Shown here piece after piece: positions 1 to 8,077 of a stretch of DNA of 32,000 bases. The stretch is from Telmatocola sphagniphila. GTDB taxonomy: Bacteria > Planctomycetota > Planctomycetia > Gemmatales > Gemmataceae. The stretch is taken from the NCBI RefSeq assembly GCF_018398935.1, contig NZ_CP074694.1, forward strand, positions 1,680,001 through 1,712,000, written 5' to 3'. Each line of letters begins with the position of its first letter. Position 1 is the stretch's first letter. The notes beneath the pieces are model-generated. The model saw nothing but the letters and a program-made list of their open reading frames with translations. It was not told the DNA's origin and made no database searches. The translations under genes and the position numbers were made by a program.

Positions 1-797
1 ATACTACCGCTGTCATTCGGAAGGTTTGCGGCGTAGGCAAAGCCGAATTCGAGGCAGGATACCGGGTTTATCTGAAAAAAATCGTGGCGGATATTCCGCC
101 GCTGATGACCAAGGTGGAACCGGAGATGAGTATCGAACAGTTGGAGGAGGCTCGAGACAAATCGCCAGAGGATTTGAATGTCGCGGCCAAACTGGCGGAG
201 CAGTACCAGAAAAAAGAGCGACCGGCGGATGCCCGAAAGCTTGTGGAGATTGTTTTAAAGAAAAAAGCCGACCATCCCATTGCTCTGCTTGTGAAAAGCC
301 GCTTGCTCGAGGCTTCCGGTGATAGTGCCGCTGCGAAATCGCTTCTGGAAATTGCCCAGAAAGACAATCCGAAAGATGTGGGGATACTCCTGGCCTTGAT
401 CAAGGCCTACCGGGACGGGGATGATACGAGCAAAGCGATCGTTTTGCTGGAAAAAGCTCGCAAGGAGGCCCCGCTCGATGGAAATTGGCTCGAACAACTC
501 TCCCAGATTTACTCCATGCGAATGGAGTTGGATAAATTGGCGGACGTGCTGCAGGAACGAGTTCTTTACGAATCTGAGGATCTGGAGGCCCGAATTCAAT
601 TAGCGAGGGTCTATCTGACGGGAAAAAAATATGCGGACGCGGAAAAAGCGGCAAAAGAGGCTCTGCGAATCGATGTTTTGAACGCCGAGGCTCAAAGAAT
701 CGTATTAACAGCACTTCGCGAGCAGGAGAAGGATATCGAAGCCAAGGTACTGGAAAAAAGGTTCGGCCCTCCGCCGGCCGAGAAAGATCAGAATTGA
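1..797 (+). CDS. TPR-like helical repeat protein, 5' end outside window
   Basis: The frame is open from base 3 to the TGA at 795-797, with no stop upstream of the GTG at 84, so the gene probably begins left of the window. The translation is Ala/Leu/Lys/Glu-rich with repeated ~34-aa helix-turn-helix units, e.g. ARIQLARVYLTGKKYADAEKAAKEALRID, typical of TPR repeats. Confidence 0.7.
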   Translation, partial: TTAVIRKVCGVGKAEFEAGYRVYLKKIVADIPPLMTKVEPEMSIEQLEEARDKSPEDLNVAAKLAEQYQKKERPADARKLVEIVLKKKADHPIALLVKSRLLEASGDSAAAKSLLEIAQKDNPKDVGILLALIKAYRDGDDTSKAIVLLEKARKEAPLDGNWLEQLSQIYSMRMELDKLADVLQERVLYESEDLEARIQLARVYLTGKKYADAEKAAKEALRIDVLNAEAQRIVLTALREQEKDIEAKVLEKRFGPPPAEKDQN

Positions 798-846
798 GTG
801 ATTTGGAATCCGGCCGGGATATCGAGAAGGTGCTAAGATAGTCAGA

Positions 847-1182
847 GTGAAAAACGGTAACGTCGAATCTGTTCGCGATTGGAATTTGACTAAGTTCCAG
901 CAATTCATCCGCGATGCGTATGGGGCCAAGGATGCCCGACGCGGAATTGATGGGACATTTATGTGGTTCATGTCCGAGGTGGGTGAACTTGCGGAAGCGT
1001 TAAGAGGCCAGCATAAATCCGAGGAAGTCGCCAAAGAATTCGCCGATGTGCTCGCCTGGCTGGCAACCCTGGCTAACATTGCGGGGATAGATTTAAACGC
1101 AGCTATCGAAATGAAATATGGTCGCGGGTGTCCTTATTGTGAGAAGATACCCTGTCTGTGTAGTCCGACGGAGAAACCCTGA
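847..1182 (+). CDS. MazG-like nucleoside triphosphate pyrophosphohydrolase (small all-alpha NTP-PPase)
   Basis: 111-aa GTG-initiated ORF. It carries the MazG-type metal-binding helices with ExxE (SEVGELAEAL) and ExxD (KEFADVLAWL). The C-terminus has a CPYCx4CxC cysteine cluster. It lies 49 nt after the TPR gene and 15 nt before the next gene. Confidence 0.7.
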   Translation: MKNGNVESVRDWNLTKFQQFIRDAYGAKDARRGIDGTFMWFMSEVGELAEALRGQHKSEEVAKEFADVLAWLATLANIAGIDLNAAIEMKYGRGCPYCEKIPCLCSPTEKP

Positions 1183-1197
1183 TTCTTCAGGTACCGC

Positions 1198-3702
1198 ATG
1201 AGATATCCCAAAAGGCCTACCTTATTCCGCCCGGCGATCGCGCTTCGCGGCTTACTTTCCCTTTTTTTCGTGCTCGGCAGTGTTTTGCCGGTAGTCGCTC
1301 AGCAGGAAACTGAGGTCGACAGCGGTAAAAACAGCCGATATCCGCTTGCCATCCGCCGCGTCCAAGTCGGATTACCCGCTGGTGCATATTCGGGGGAAAA
1401 CGACCGTGACGGCGGCAAAATGAACATTTTCAAGGCCGGGAGTTGGGCTCCGGTCTGGGTCTGGGTCGATTGCCGGAAAGAATACGAAAACAACGCGGTT
1501 CTGGTGGTGGAAACAACCGATTCGGATGAAAATACTACCGTGGCGACCTATCCGATGCCGCACTTTCATGCGGGGGAATCTCGCACCGGATATGAACTCG
1601 GGGTTACGCCTTATCTGAAGCCCGGCAGCTACTACTCCGAAATCCATGTGAGTATTCGGGACGCTGATCGGGGCACCGATTTGGCAGCTTCCGTCAATAA
1701 GAACATTGCGGCATCCCAACAATCTCTGACCAACATCCTGAGTATCGGATCCTCCCTCGGAGGATTTAAATTGGCAGAAGTTAAGTCAAATAATCCCAAT
1801 GACGAAGGGGTCGATAAACTCCGCAATGGCTGGGTGCAACTCACCCAGTGTATCGAAGCCAATCAACTGCCCGATAACTGGCTCGGTTATAAAAGCGTCG
1901 ATCTGGCAATCCTGACGACGGGAAGCGATAGCACCGATTTGAAATTTTTCACCACATTGGGAAAAGACAAAGCGAGGATCTCAGCGCTCCGAGAATGGGT
2001 GATGCGGGGAGGAAAATTGCTGGTAAGTGTGGGTTCCAATCCCGAAGTCCTCGATTTGATTCCCGAAATTCGCGACATTCTGCCCGCGGTGATCCCCAGA
2101 AACTCCAAACACCTCGTAAATAACGTCCGTCTTCGATGGATCAAAGGGGATCTGAACGAAACGCTGAATTTCGGCGAAGATCGAGATGAAAAAATCTCCC
2201 TGACGAAGCTGGAAGCGCGGCCCGAAAAACCGCTGCAGGTCCTCATGCCCTGGAGCGACAAGCCGGATGCCATGAGCTCCCCTATTATCGTCGAAGGCAG
2301 CTACGGATTAGGCAGAGTGCTGGTGAGTTCGCTCGATCTGGAAAGGCCGCCGCTCTCCATTTGGAAAGAGCGTGCCCGATTCTGGGAAGGATTGCTTTCG
2401 GCCGCGGGAGTAACTTTGCCGAGTCTGCAGGAAAGTCAGATTGTCGGACGTTACAACAGTGAAGATTCCGAGGCTTTTTCCAACAGATTTCAGTCCGCAC
2501 TCGATTATTTTGAAGGCATCCCGGTCGTTTCTTTCGGCTGGGTGGCCCTGTTCATTTTCCTGTACATCCTGTTGATTGGGCCTATCGATTATTTCATCCT
2601 CAAAAAGGGTTTTCGACGACTTGAGTGGACCTGGATTACCTTCCCTTTGATCGTGATTTCGGTTAGTGCCATTGCTTACTACGCTGCGTACGCAATCAAA
2701 GGGCGGGACATGAAGGTCAACAAGATTGATCTGGTCGAGATTGATCTGAACACGAAAAGAGTCTATGGCACCACCTGGTTCTCGATCTTTTCTCCACGGA
2801 TTCAAAACTACACGATCGGTGTGGAACCCCGCTCGGACTCGATTGGCGATACTCACTGGACAACTCAACCTGCCTCCGAATCCCTCCCCAATACAGTTGT
2901 CTCGTGGGTGGGAAACAATCGCTACGGACGTGAGACTCTCCTTCGCCGCAGTTACAATTTCGTTTCCACAACTAGCGAAACCGACGCCTCCCGCATCCGG
3001 TCTGCTGTGGGCTTGCAAGGAGTGCCGATTCCCGTCTGGTCGACCAAGGCCTTCATGGCGGAGTGGATGGTTCCCCTCGATGAAAAGCGACCGCTTGTGG
3101 AAGCGGAGTTTCGTCGCACGGCCGGGGATGCCGGTGTGATTATCGGTAAGTTGAAGAGTAATTTGCCCATTGCCAAGCTGGAAGATGTGCACCTTATCCA
3201 TGAAGGGAAAGATTACGCACTGGGCACGCTCGAAGAGGGTGTGGAACGGACCGAAACTCTCAGCGTTAAAGCCAATAATCCCGACGCCGCCAACTGGTTG
3301 AAAAATGATTCGGGACTGGAAACGGATTTGAATCGCCAGGTGAATCCCGGCATGAACCGCTTGGGTATGGAGAATTCTGTAGTCTTTCGCGTCTGGCCGT
3401 TCTTGTTCCATGATCTCATGTTCGGTAAGCAGACCCGGTCCCGAAATGCCGGTTACCGTTATCTCGATCAGTCCTGGCGCGTGGATAGGGACCACAATAA
3501 TGAGGTAATTCTCTTCGGTCGGATGAAAATCACCGAAGGGCCCGCCGAAGAGTGGATGAACAATCCCCAATCGCCTACTCGTCTGTGGCTCAATAGTATT
3601 CCGGGCCTGCCAAACTCGAAACCGCGAGAGGAATTGCGCGGTTCGCTCCGGCAGGAAACCTGCGTGATGGTTATTATTCCCGTTCTCCCAGCTAAGAAAT
3701 AA
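1198..3702 (+). CDS. Hypothetical large exported protein anchored by a central TM hairpin, with a GATase1-like (DUF1355/ThuA-like) segment
   Basis: 834-aa ORF with a signal-peptide-like N-terminus (RPAIALRGLLSLFFVLGSVLPVVAQQ). Two adjacent hydrophobic helices sit mid-protein (WVALFIFLYILLIGPIDYF and WTWITFPLIVISVSAIAYYAAYAI), separated by the basic loop KKGFRRLE. The segment LPDNWLGYKSVDLAILTT...LREWVMRGGKLLVSVG resembles the class-I glutamine-amidotransferase-like fold of BatB/DUF1355-type proteins. No specific family was recognised. Confidence 0.8.
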   Translation: MRYPKRPTLFRPAIALRGLLSLFFVLGSVLPVVAQQETEVDSGKNSRYPLAIRRVQVGLPAGAYSGENDRDGGKMNIFKAGSWAPVWVWVDCRKEYENNAVLVVETTDSDENTTVATYPMPHFHAGESRTGYELGVTPYLKPGSYYSEIHVSIRDADRGTDLAASVNKNIAASQQSLTNILSIGSSLGGFKLAEVKSNNPNDEGVDKLRNGWVQLTQCIEANQLPDNWLGYKSVDLAILTTGSDSTDLKFFTTLGKDKARISALREWVMRGGKLLVSVGSNPEVLDLIPEIRDILPAVIPRNSKHLVNNVRLRWIKGDLNETLNFGEDRDEKISLTKLEARPEKPLQVLMPWSDKPDAMSSPIIVEGSYGLGRVLVSSLDLERPPLSIWKERARFWEGLLSAAGVTLPSLQESQIVGRYNSEDSEAFSNRFQSALDYFEGIPVVSFGWVALFIFLYILLIGPIDYFILKKGFRRLEWTWITFPLIVISVSAIAYYAAYAIKGRDMKVNKIDLVEIDLNTKRVYGTTWFSIFSPRIQNYTIGVEPRSDSIGDTHWTTQPASESLPNTVVSWVGNNRYGRETLLRRSYNFVSTTSETDASRIRSAVGLQGVPIPVWSTKAFMAEWMVPLDEKRPLVEAEFRRTAGDAGVIIGKLKSNLPIAKLEDVHLIHEGKDYALGTLEEGVERTETLSVKANNPDAANWLKNDSGLETDLNRQVNPGMNRLGMENSVVFRVWPFLFHDLMFGKQTRSRNAGYRYLDQSWRVDRDHNNEVILFGRMKITEGPAEEWMNNPQSPTRLWLNSIPGLPNSKPREELRGSLRQETCVMVIIPVLPAKK

Positions 3703-3713
3703 CGGAAACTTCT

Positions 3714-4649
3714 ATGATCGAAACTCGCGATTTGACGAAACGCTACGGGGAACTCTATGCCCTCGATCGCCTGACTCTGACCCTGCAACCTGGGGATGTC
3801 TACGGTTTCATCGGTCCCAACGGGGCGGGTAAAACCACAACGATGAGAATTCTGGCTACCCTGCTCAATCCGACGTGGGGAGAAGCGAGCGTCTGCGGCT
3901 ACTCCATCTATACCGGTTCGAAAGAAATTCGTCGAGCGATTGGCTACATGCCGGATTTTTTCGGCGTGTACGACGACATGAAAGTGATCGAGTATCTCGA
4001 GTTTTTCGCGGCCGCTTATCGGATCAAAGGACCGGAGCGACACAAAAAATGCGAGCAGGTTCTGGATCTGGTAGATTTGGGTTACAAGCGCGATGCCCTG
4101 GTCACCAGCCTTTCCCGCGGTATGACGCAAAGACTAGGTCTTGCGCGCGTTCTGCTCCACGAACCTCAGGTCTTGTTGCTGGATGAACCGGCCAGCGGTC
4201 TCGATCCCCGCGCTCGCATCGAAATGCGAGAATTGCTCAAAGAATTGCGCAATATGAAGAAGACCATTCTGGTCAGCAGCCACATTCTTCCCGAGTTGGC
4301 CGACATCTGTAACAAAATCGGCATCATCGAACGCGGTAAACTACTGTTCAATGGCGATGTGGACGCGGCCATTTCGCAGGTGCGCCAAAAGCACGTCTAC
4401 CTCATCGCGGTTGGCGATGGTTTGAATGAAGCGGCTGCGAAGAAATTGGAATCCTGGCCAGAAGTGGCCAAGGTGGAATTCGTCAATGCCCTGGAACCGA
4501 TGAAAGTCACCCTTCACGACGGTCAGGATGATGGTAGCTTTCTGGCCGAGCGACTGATCGCCGAGCGGTTCAAACTCAAAACACTCAAGGAGGAGGAAAT
4601 CGACCTCGAAGACGTGTTTATGGGTATTACCAAAGGCATCACAAATTAA
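3714..4649 (+). CDS. ABC transporter ATP-binding protein (ABC-2/CcmA-like, with C-terminal accessory domain)
   Basis: Walker A GPNGAGKTT, signature LSRGMTQRL, Walker B VLLLDEPASGLD and H-loop SSHIL. A ~90-aa C-terminal extension follows the NBD. It starts 11 nt after the upstream gene. Confidence 0.93.
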   Translation: MIETRDLTKRYGELYALDRLTLTLQPGDVYGFIGPNGAGKTTTMRILATLLNPTWGEASVCGYSIYTGSKEIRRAIGYMPDFFGVYDDMKVIEYLEFFAAAYRIKGPERHKKCEQVLDLVDLGYKRDALVTSLSRGMTQRLGLARVLLHEPQVLLLDEPASGLDPRARIEMRELLKELRNMKKTILVSSHILPELADICNKIGIIERGKLLFNGDVDAAISQVRQKHVYLIAVGDGLNEAAAKKLESWPEVAKVEFVNALEPMKVTLHDGQDDGSFLAERLIAERFKLKTLKEEEIDLEDVFMGITKGITN

Positions 4650-4703
4650 TGGAAATCCAGGGGGATCTCTCTGTGAGCAGCGATCCCCTGCACCTTAAGC
4701 TTA

Positions 4704-4928
4704 TCATGCGGAGGGACGGCTGCTGCGAAATGCCAATAGGACGTCGTGTAAATCCGAAGAGATGCTCACTTCGTCATCCAGGAAATCCTGGAGCCACGTG
4801 AAGTGTCTTCTTTGGGCCAGGGCGACCAGCGGAAGCAGGTCTCCCAGTCGAATATGAATCTTCTCTTCTGGAAGTACTTCAAATTCCGGTTCTTCAAAAC
4901 TTCGATAAAGCTTCAGTTGCGCTGCCAC
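4704..4928 (-). CDS. Small hypothetical protein (74 aa)
   Basis: GTG start preceded on the minus strand by a perfect AGGAGG with a 7-nt spacer (GCAGGAGGATTCACCGTG). Codon usage looks like that of neighbouring genes. No recognisable motif. It is convergent with the ABC ATPase. Confidence 0.45.
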   Translation of the reverse strand: MAAQLKLYRSFEEPEFEVLPEEKIHIRLGDLLPLVALAQRRHFTWLQDFLDDEVSISSDLHDVLLAFRSSRPSA

Positions 4929-5143
4929 GGTGAATCCTCCTGCGGCTTAGCCCTCTGGGCGTCGAGTCGGGCAGGAATATATCAATTCCCAAAAACTTTA
5001 TCGGTCGGCCGTGCGAACCAGCTTCAACAAACTGTCCAATCTTGTAAAAGGTCCTTCTCGAAAGGTATCGAATCTAACGATCAGTCCACGTTTGAGCGTT
5101 AGATAAAACAGCCTGTGTGCAAAATTTACTGGATGACATTCGC

Positions 5144-6142
5144 ATGAAGAAGAAAGTAGTAGTCCTTGGGGATGGTGCCTGGGGAATTGCGATTGCCTGG
5201 TTGCTCTCTCATCGAAGTAATCTGGAAGTTTGGATCTGGTCTGCGCGCCCGGAAACCGCTGCCTTACTCTGCAAAACGCGAGAAAATACCAGAGTTCTCC
5301 CCAACTTTCGAATCCCGGAAACCATTACGTTAACGGCGGACATCACCCAGGCCGCGAGGGACGCAGAGCTTTTGATCTCGGCAATTCCCACCGTCTATCT
5401 TCGAGCGACTATTTCGCGCTGGCAGAACCACTGCCCTCCTGGAACGTCGCTCCTCAGTTTGACTAAAGGCGTGGAGATAGAAACTTTCCGACGACCCAGC
5501 GAAATTCTTCAAGAATTGCTCAATCCCGGTCGAATCGCCGCATTGAGCGGACCGAGTCATTCCGAGGAAGTTATCCATGGGCTCCCGACTTCGGTTGTAA
5601 TTGCCGGTCCGGATCCAACTTTTAACCAGGAACTGCAGGATCTCTTCGCCTGCGAAACCTTCCGCGTTTACACCAATACTGACCTGATAGGAGTGGAACT
5701 GGCCGGCGCCCAGAAAAACGTCATTGCCATTGCCGCGGGTATCTGCGATGGACTCGGATTTGGCGATAATGCGAAAGCCGCACTCATCACCCGCGGCCTC
5801 GAGGAGATGGCTCGCCTCGGTGTGGCGTTAGGCGCTGGAATAGAGACTTATCGGGGGCTGGCGGGAATCGGCGATCTTATTACCACCTGCTACAGCCCGC
5901 ATGGCCGTAACCGAGCGGTGGGAGAGCGGTTGGGCCGCGGAGAGAAAATTGAGCAGATTCTGGCAAGCTGGTCGAAAATCGTCGAGGGGGTCACAACAGC
6001 GCAAAGTATCAATCAACGCGCTCAGCAGATGGGGATCGAGATGCCCATTACGCATTATGTGGACGCCGTTTTACACAAAAACAAATCGCCTCGCGACGCA
6101 GTGAGCGAACTTATGACCAGACGAAATCGGACGGAGCGATGA
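5144..6142 (+). CDS. gpsA: NAD(P)H-dependent glycerol-3-phosphate dehydrogenase
   Basis: N-terminal Rossmann motif VVVLGDGAWGIAIA, the conserved GpsA blocks GVELAGAQKNVIAIAAGICDGLGFGDNAKAALITRGLEEM, and TCYSPHGRNR. The ORF is open from a GTG at 5117. ATG 5144 (MKKKVVVLG) matches the usual GpsA N-terminus. Confidence 0.92.
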   Translation: MKKKVVVLGDGAWGIAIAWLLSHRSNLEVWIWSARPETAALLCKTRENTRVLPNFRIPETITLTADITQAARDAELLISAIPTVYLRATISRWQNHCPPGTSLLSLTKGVEIETFRRPSEILQELLNPGRIAALSGPSHSEEVIHGLPTSVVIAGPDPTFNQELQDLFACETFRVYTNTDLIGVELAGAQKNVIAIAAGICDGLGFGDNAKAALITRGLEEMARLGVALGAGIETYRGLAGIGDLITTCYSPHGRNRAVGERLGRGEKIEQILASWSKIVEGVTTAQSINQRAQQMGIEMPITHYVDAVLHKNKSPRDAVSELMTRRNRTER

Positions 6143-6699
6143 AACTCGATATCGCTTTTAAAGAGTGGGCGACCATCTGCACAGCTCTGGGCACAGGCCG
6201 GCAGTCACTGATACTCCGAAAGGGCGGAATCTCGGAAGTCGGGGGAGCTTTCCTGCCGGAACATAGCTCCTTCTGGCTTTATCCCACGTTTTTTCACCAG
6301 CAGATCCAGAGAACTCGATCGCTCGGTAACGGCTTCCTTCCGCTTCTGCAAGCGCCTAATCCCGGATGGGTACCGATCCAATATCTGGCGGAGGTTCAGC
6401 AGATCTTTTACTGCAAAGATCTTGATCGACTTCTCGAACTAAAAGAATTCTACTTCTGGACGACTCAGACTGTTGAGGAGCGTTTCAATTATCGGTGCCA
6501 AGGGCTTTATCTTCTATTGACGCGCATAAAGCGACTACCGGAACCGATATTGATTTCGGAAGAGCCCGAGTACGCCGGTTGCAAAAGCTGGGTGACTCTT
6601 AAGGACAAAATTGTGATTGAACGAACTTCAAACGTGCTGTCGGACGAAGAGTACCATCCGGTTGCAGCCAGGATATCAGAAGTCCTGGGCAGATCGTAA
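6139..6699 (+). CDS. Conserved hypothetical protein, possibly DUF1802 family
   Basis: 186-aa ORF whose ATG overlaps the gpsA stop (ATGA at 6139-6142). The N-terminal KEWATICTALGTGRQSLILRKGGI...FWLYPTFFHQ pattern matches my recollection of DUF1802 proteins. The family assignment comes from memory, not from a search. Confidence 0.55.
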   Translation: MKLDIAFKEWATICTALGTGRQSLILRKGGISEVGGAFLPEHSSFWLYPTFFHQQIQRTRSLGNGFLPLLQAPNPGWVPIQYLAEVQQIFYCKDLDRLLELKEFYFWTTQTVEERFNYRCQGLYLLLTRIKRLPEPILISEEPEYAGCKSWVTLKDKIVIERTSNVLSDEEYHPVAARISEVLGRS

Positions 6700-7947
6700 T
6701 CAACCCGAACTCAAAGTGCCGCGTCGAATGGGAATCGTCTGTTTGACCGCAGGCAGTTCGAAAGAGGACATAGTTCGCGTGAACTTACTCGTCGGGCCGA
6801 AGCCTAACGGCAGTGTATCCTGAACCGAAACGCTGGCCATCGTATCCAGATTAATATCGCTGTGACTGGAATATCGCGTTCCCGGCAGTTCGTTATCGGT
6901 AGGAGCGCTGATCGGGGTCAGCCATGGCTGTAGAGCCGTAAAAACATCGCCCGGCGTCGAATAACGCTGCTCCGGTTTCTTCGCAAGCATCTTCATAACC
7001 ACATCGCAAACACCCGAAGGTATTTCCGGATCGAATTGCGATATGGGTTTGGGAGCTGTTGTCTGGTGTTTGATTAGCTTCTGGGCCACTGTGCCATCCG
7101 GAAACGGAGGTTGGCCGGCCAGAAGGAAGTAGAACGTCGCCCCCAGGCTATAGATGTCCGCCCGAATATCGACTTGGGAAGCATTCAAAGCCTGCTCGGG
7201 AGCCAGATAGTCGGCCGTGCCCAGAAGTCCGCTATTGTCTCTGGAGGAGCCCAGAACTTCGTGATCAGTCGATAAACGGGCCAGACCGAGATCGAGGATT
7301 TTTAACACGCCACGACGATCGATGAGCAAATTGGCCGGTTTAATATCCCTATGTACTAGGCCAACTTCATGCGCGTGATGCAAACCGGAACTGGCCTGAG
7401 CCATGTAGTTAACGCAACGCAGGAAATGGATTCGGCCATTATCTTCGATCAGTTTTTGAAGATTGGTGCCTTCGACGTATTCCATAACCAGAAACGGAAC
7501 GGACCCATCCCAGTCCACATCGTGCGCTCGAACGATATTGGGATCGTTCAGCATGGCAACGGCGCGCGCCTCTTTCTGGAAGCGGTCCAGCAGAACCGGG
7601 TTCTGACACTTTTCGTTACTGAGTACTTTGATGGCTACGCGGCGTCGCATGTGCTTGTGTTCGCACAGGTAAACCGTACCCATTCCACCTTCGCCGAGCA
7701 GATCGAGAACGCGATATTTACCACCGAGGGTGAACTTTTGATTTCCGCCCTGCAATAGAACGCGAGCCTGATATTCAGTCAGCAGCCCGTCGCAGATCAG
7801 CAACTGGGCGCACTCCATGGCATCTGCCGGTACGAGGCTATTGGCTACGAGGTTTTGGGCATAGGCTTTTAAGCGATTGGCATCGTATAGATCACTGGCT
7901 ACGACCAGACGCAGCAAATCATTCGCCGATTTGGGAATCTGCTGCAT
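6700..7947 (-). CDS. Ser/Thr protein kinase (Hanks type), soluble
   Basis: Glycine loop GEGGMGTVY, VAIK lysine, catalytic loop HRDIKPANLL, DLG (a DFG variant) in ILDLGLA, and APE in ADYLAPE. It has a ~75-aa N-terminal domain and a ~90-aa C-terminal tail, with no TM segment. Confidence 0.93.
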   Translation of the reverse strand: MQQIPKSANDLLRLVVASDLYDANRLKAYAQNLVANSLVPADAMECAQLLICDGLLTEYQARVLLQGGNQKFTLGGKYRVLDLLGEGGMGTVYLCEHKHMRRRVAIKVLSNEKCQNPVLLDRFQKEARAVAMLNDPNIVRAHDVDWDGSVPFLVMEYVEGTNLQKLIEDNGRIHFLRCVNYMAQASSGLHHAHEVGLVHRDIKPANLLIDRRGVLKILDLGLARLSTDHEVLGSSRDNSGLLGTADYLAPEQALNASQVDIRADIYSLGATFYFLLAGQPPFPDGTVAQKLIKHQTTAPKPISQFDPEIPSGVCDVVMKMLAKKPEQRYSTPGDVFTALQPWLTPISAPTDNELPGTRYSSHSDINLDTMASVSVQDTLPLGFGPTSKFTRTMSSFELPAVKQTIPIRRGTLSSG

Positions 7948-8077
7948 TAGTACGAACCCTCGCCTTCCAACAAATCACATAATACGGATAATGCACGGAC
8001 CTTCCGCGACATTGCGTTCCACTTATCCGTCGTGGATATATAGAACTAAATCCACGGGGGTGCAAATCCTCACTTAT

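Noticed and set aside
26-403. Overlapping ORFs of 98 aa (+) and 111 aa (-) at the left edge
   Set aside because: Both overlap the TPR-protein frame, which is open to the window edge and has coherent repeat structure. Their translations are Arg/Gly/Ser-rich with no features.
2308-3570. 420-aa ORF on the minus strand, fully inside the 834-aa gene
   Set aside because: Its codons are exactly phase-aligned with the sense codons (both on the 1198+3n register). It stays open simply because the sense gene avoids TTA, CTA and TCA codons. The translation is low-complexity with no motifs, so this is a classic shadow ORF.
4661-4688. GGGGATC / GATCCCC hairpin between the convergent ABC ATPase and the 74-aa ORF, a possible bidirectional terminator
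   Set aside because: It has only 7 bp, a 14-nt loop and no U-tract on either strand. It also sits just 12 nt past the ABC stop. This is too weak to call.
6697-6702. Convergent genes that abut with no spacer (DUF1802-like stop TAA 6697-6699 against the kinase stop at 6700-6702), and similarly a 4-nt gap at 30201/30206
   Set aside because: The observation is real, but it reflects compact gene packing. Nothing in the sequence shows a regulatory consequence, and terminators may lie inside the opposing coding regions.
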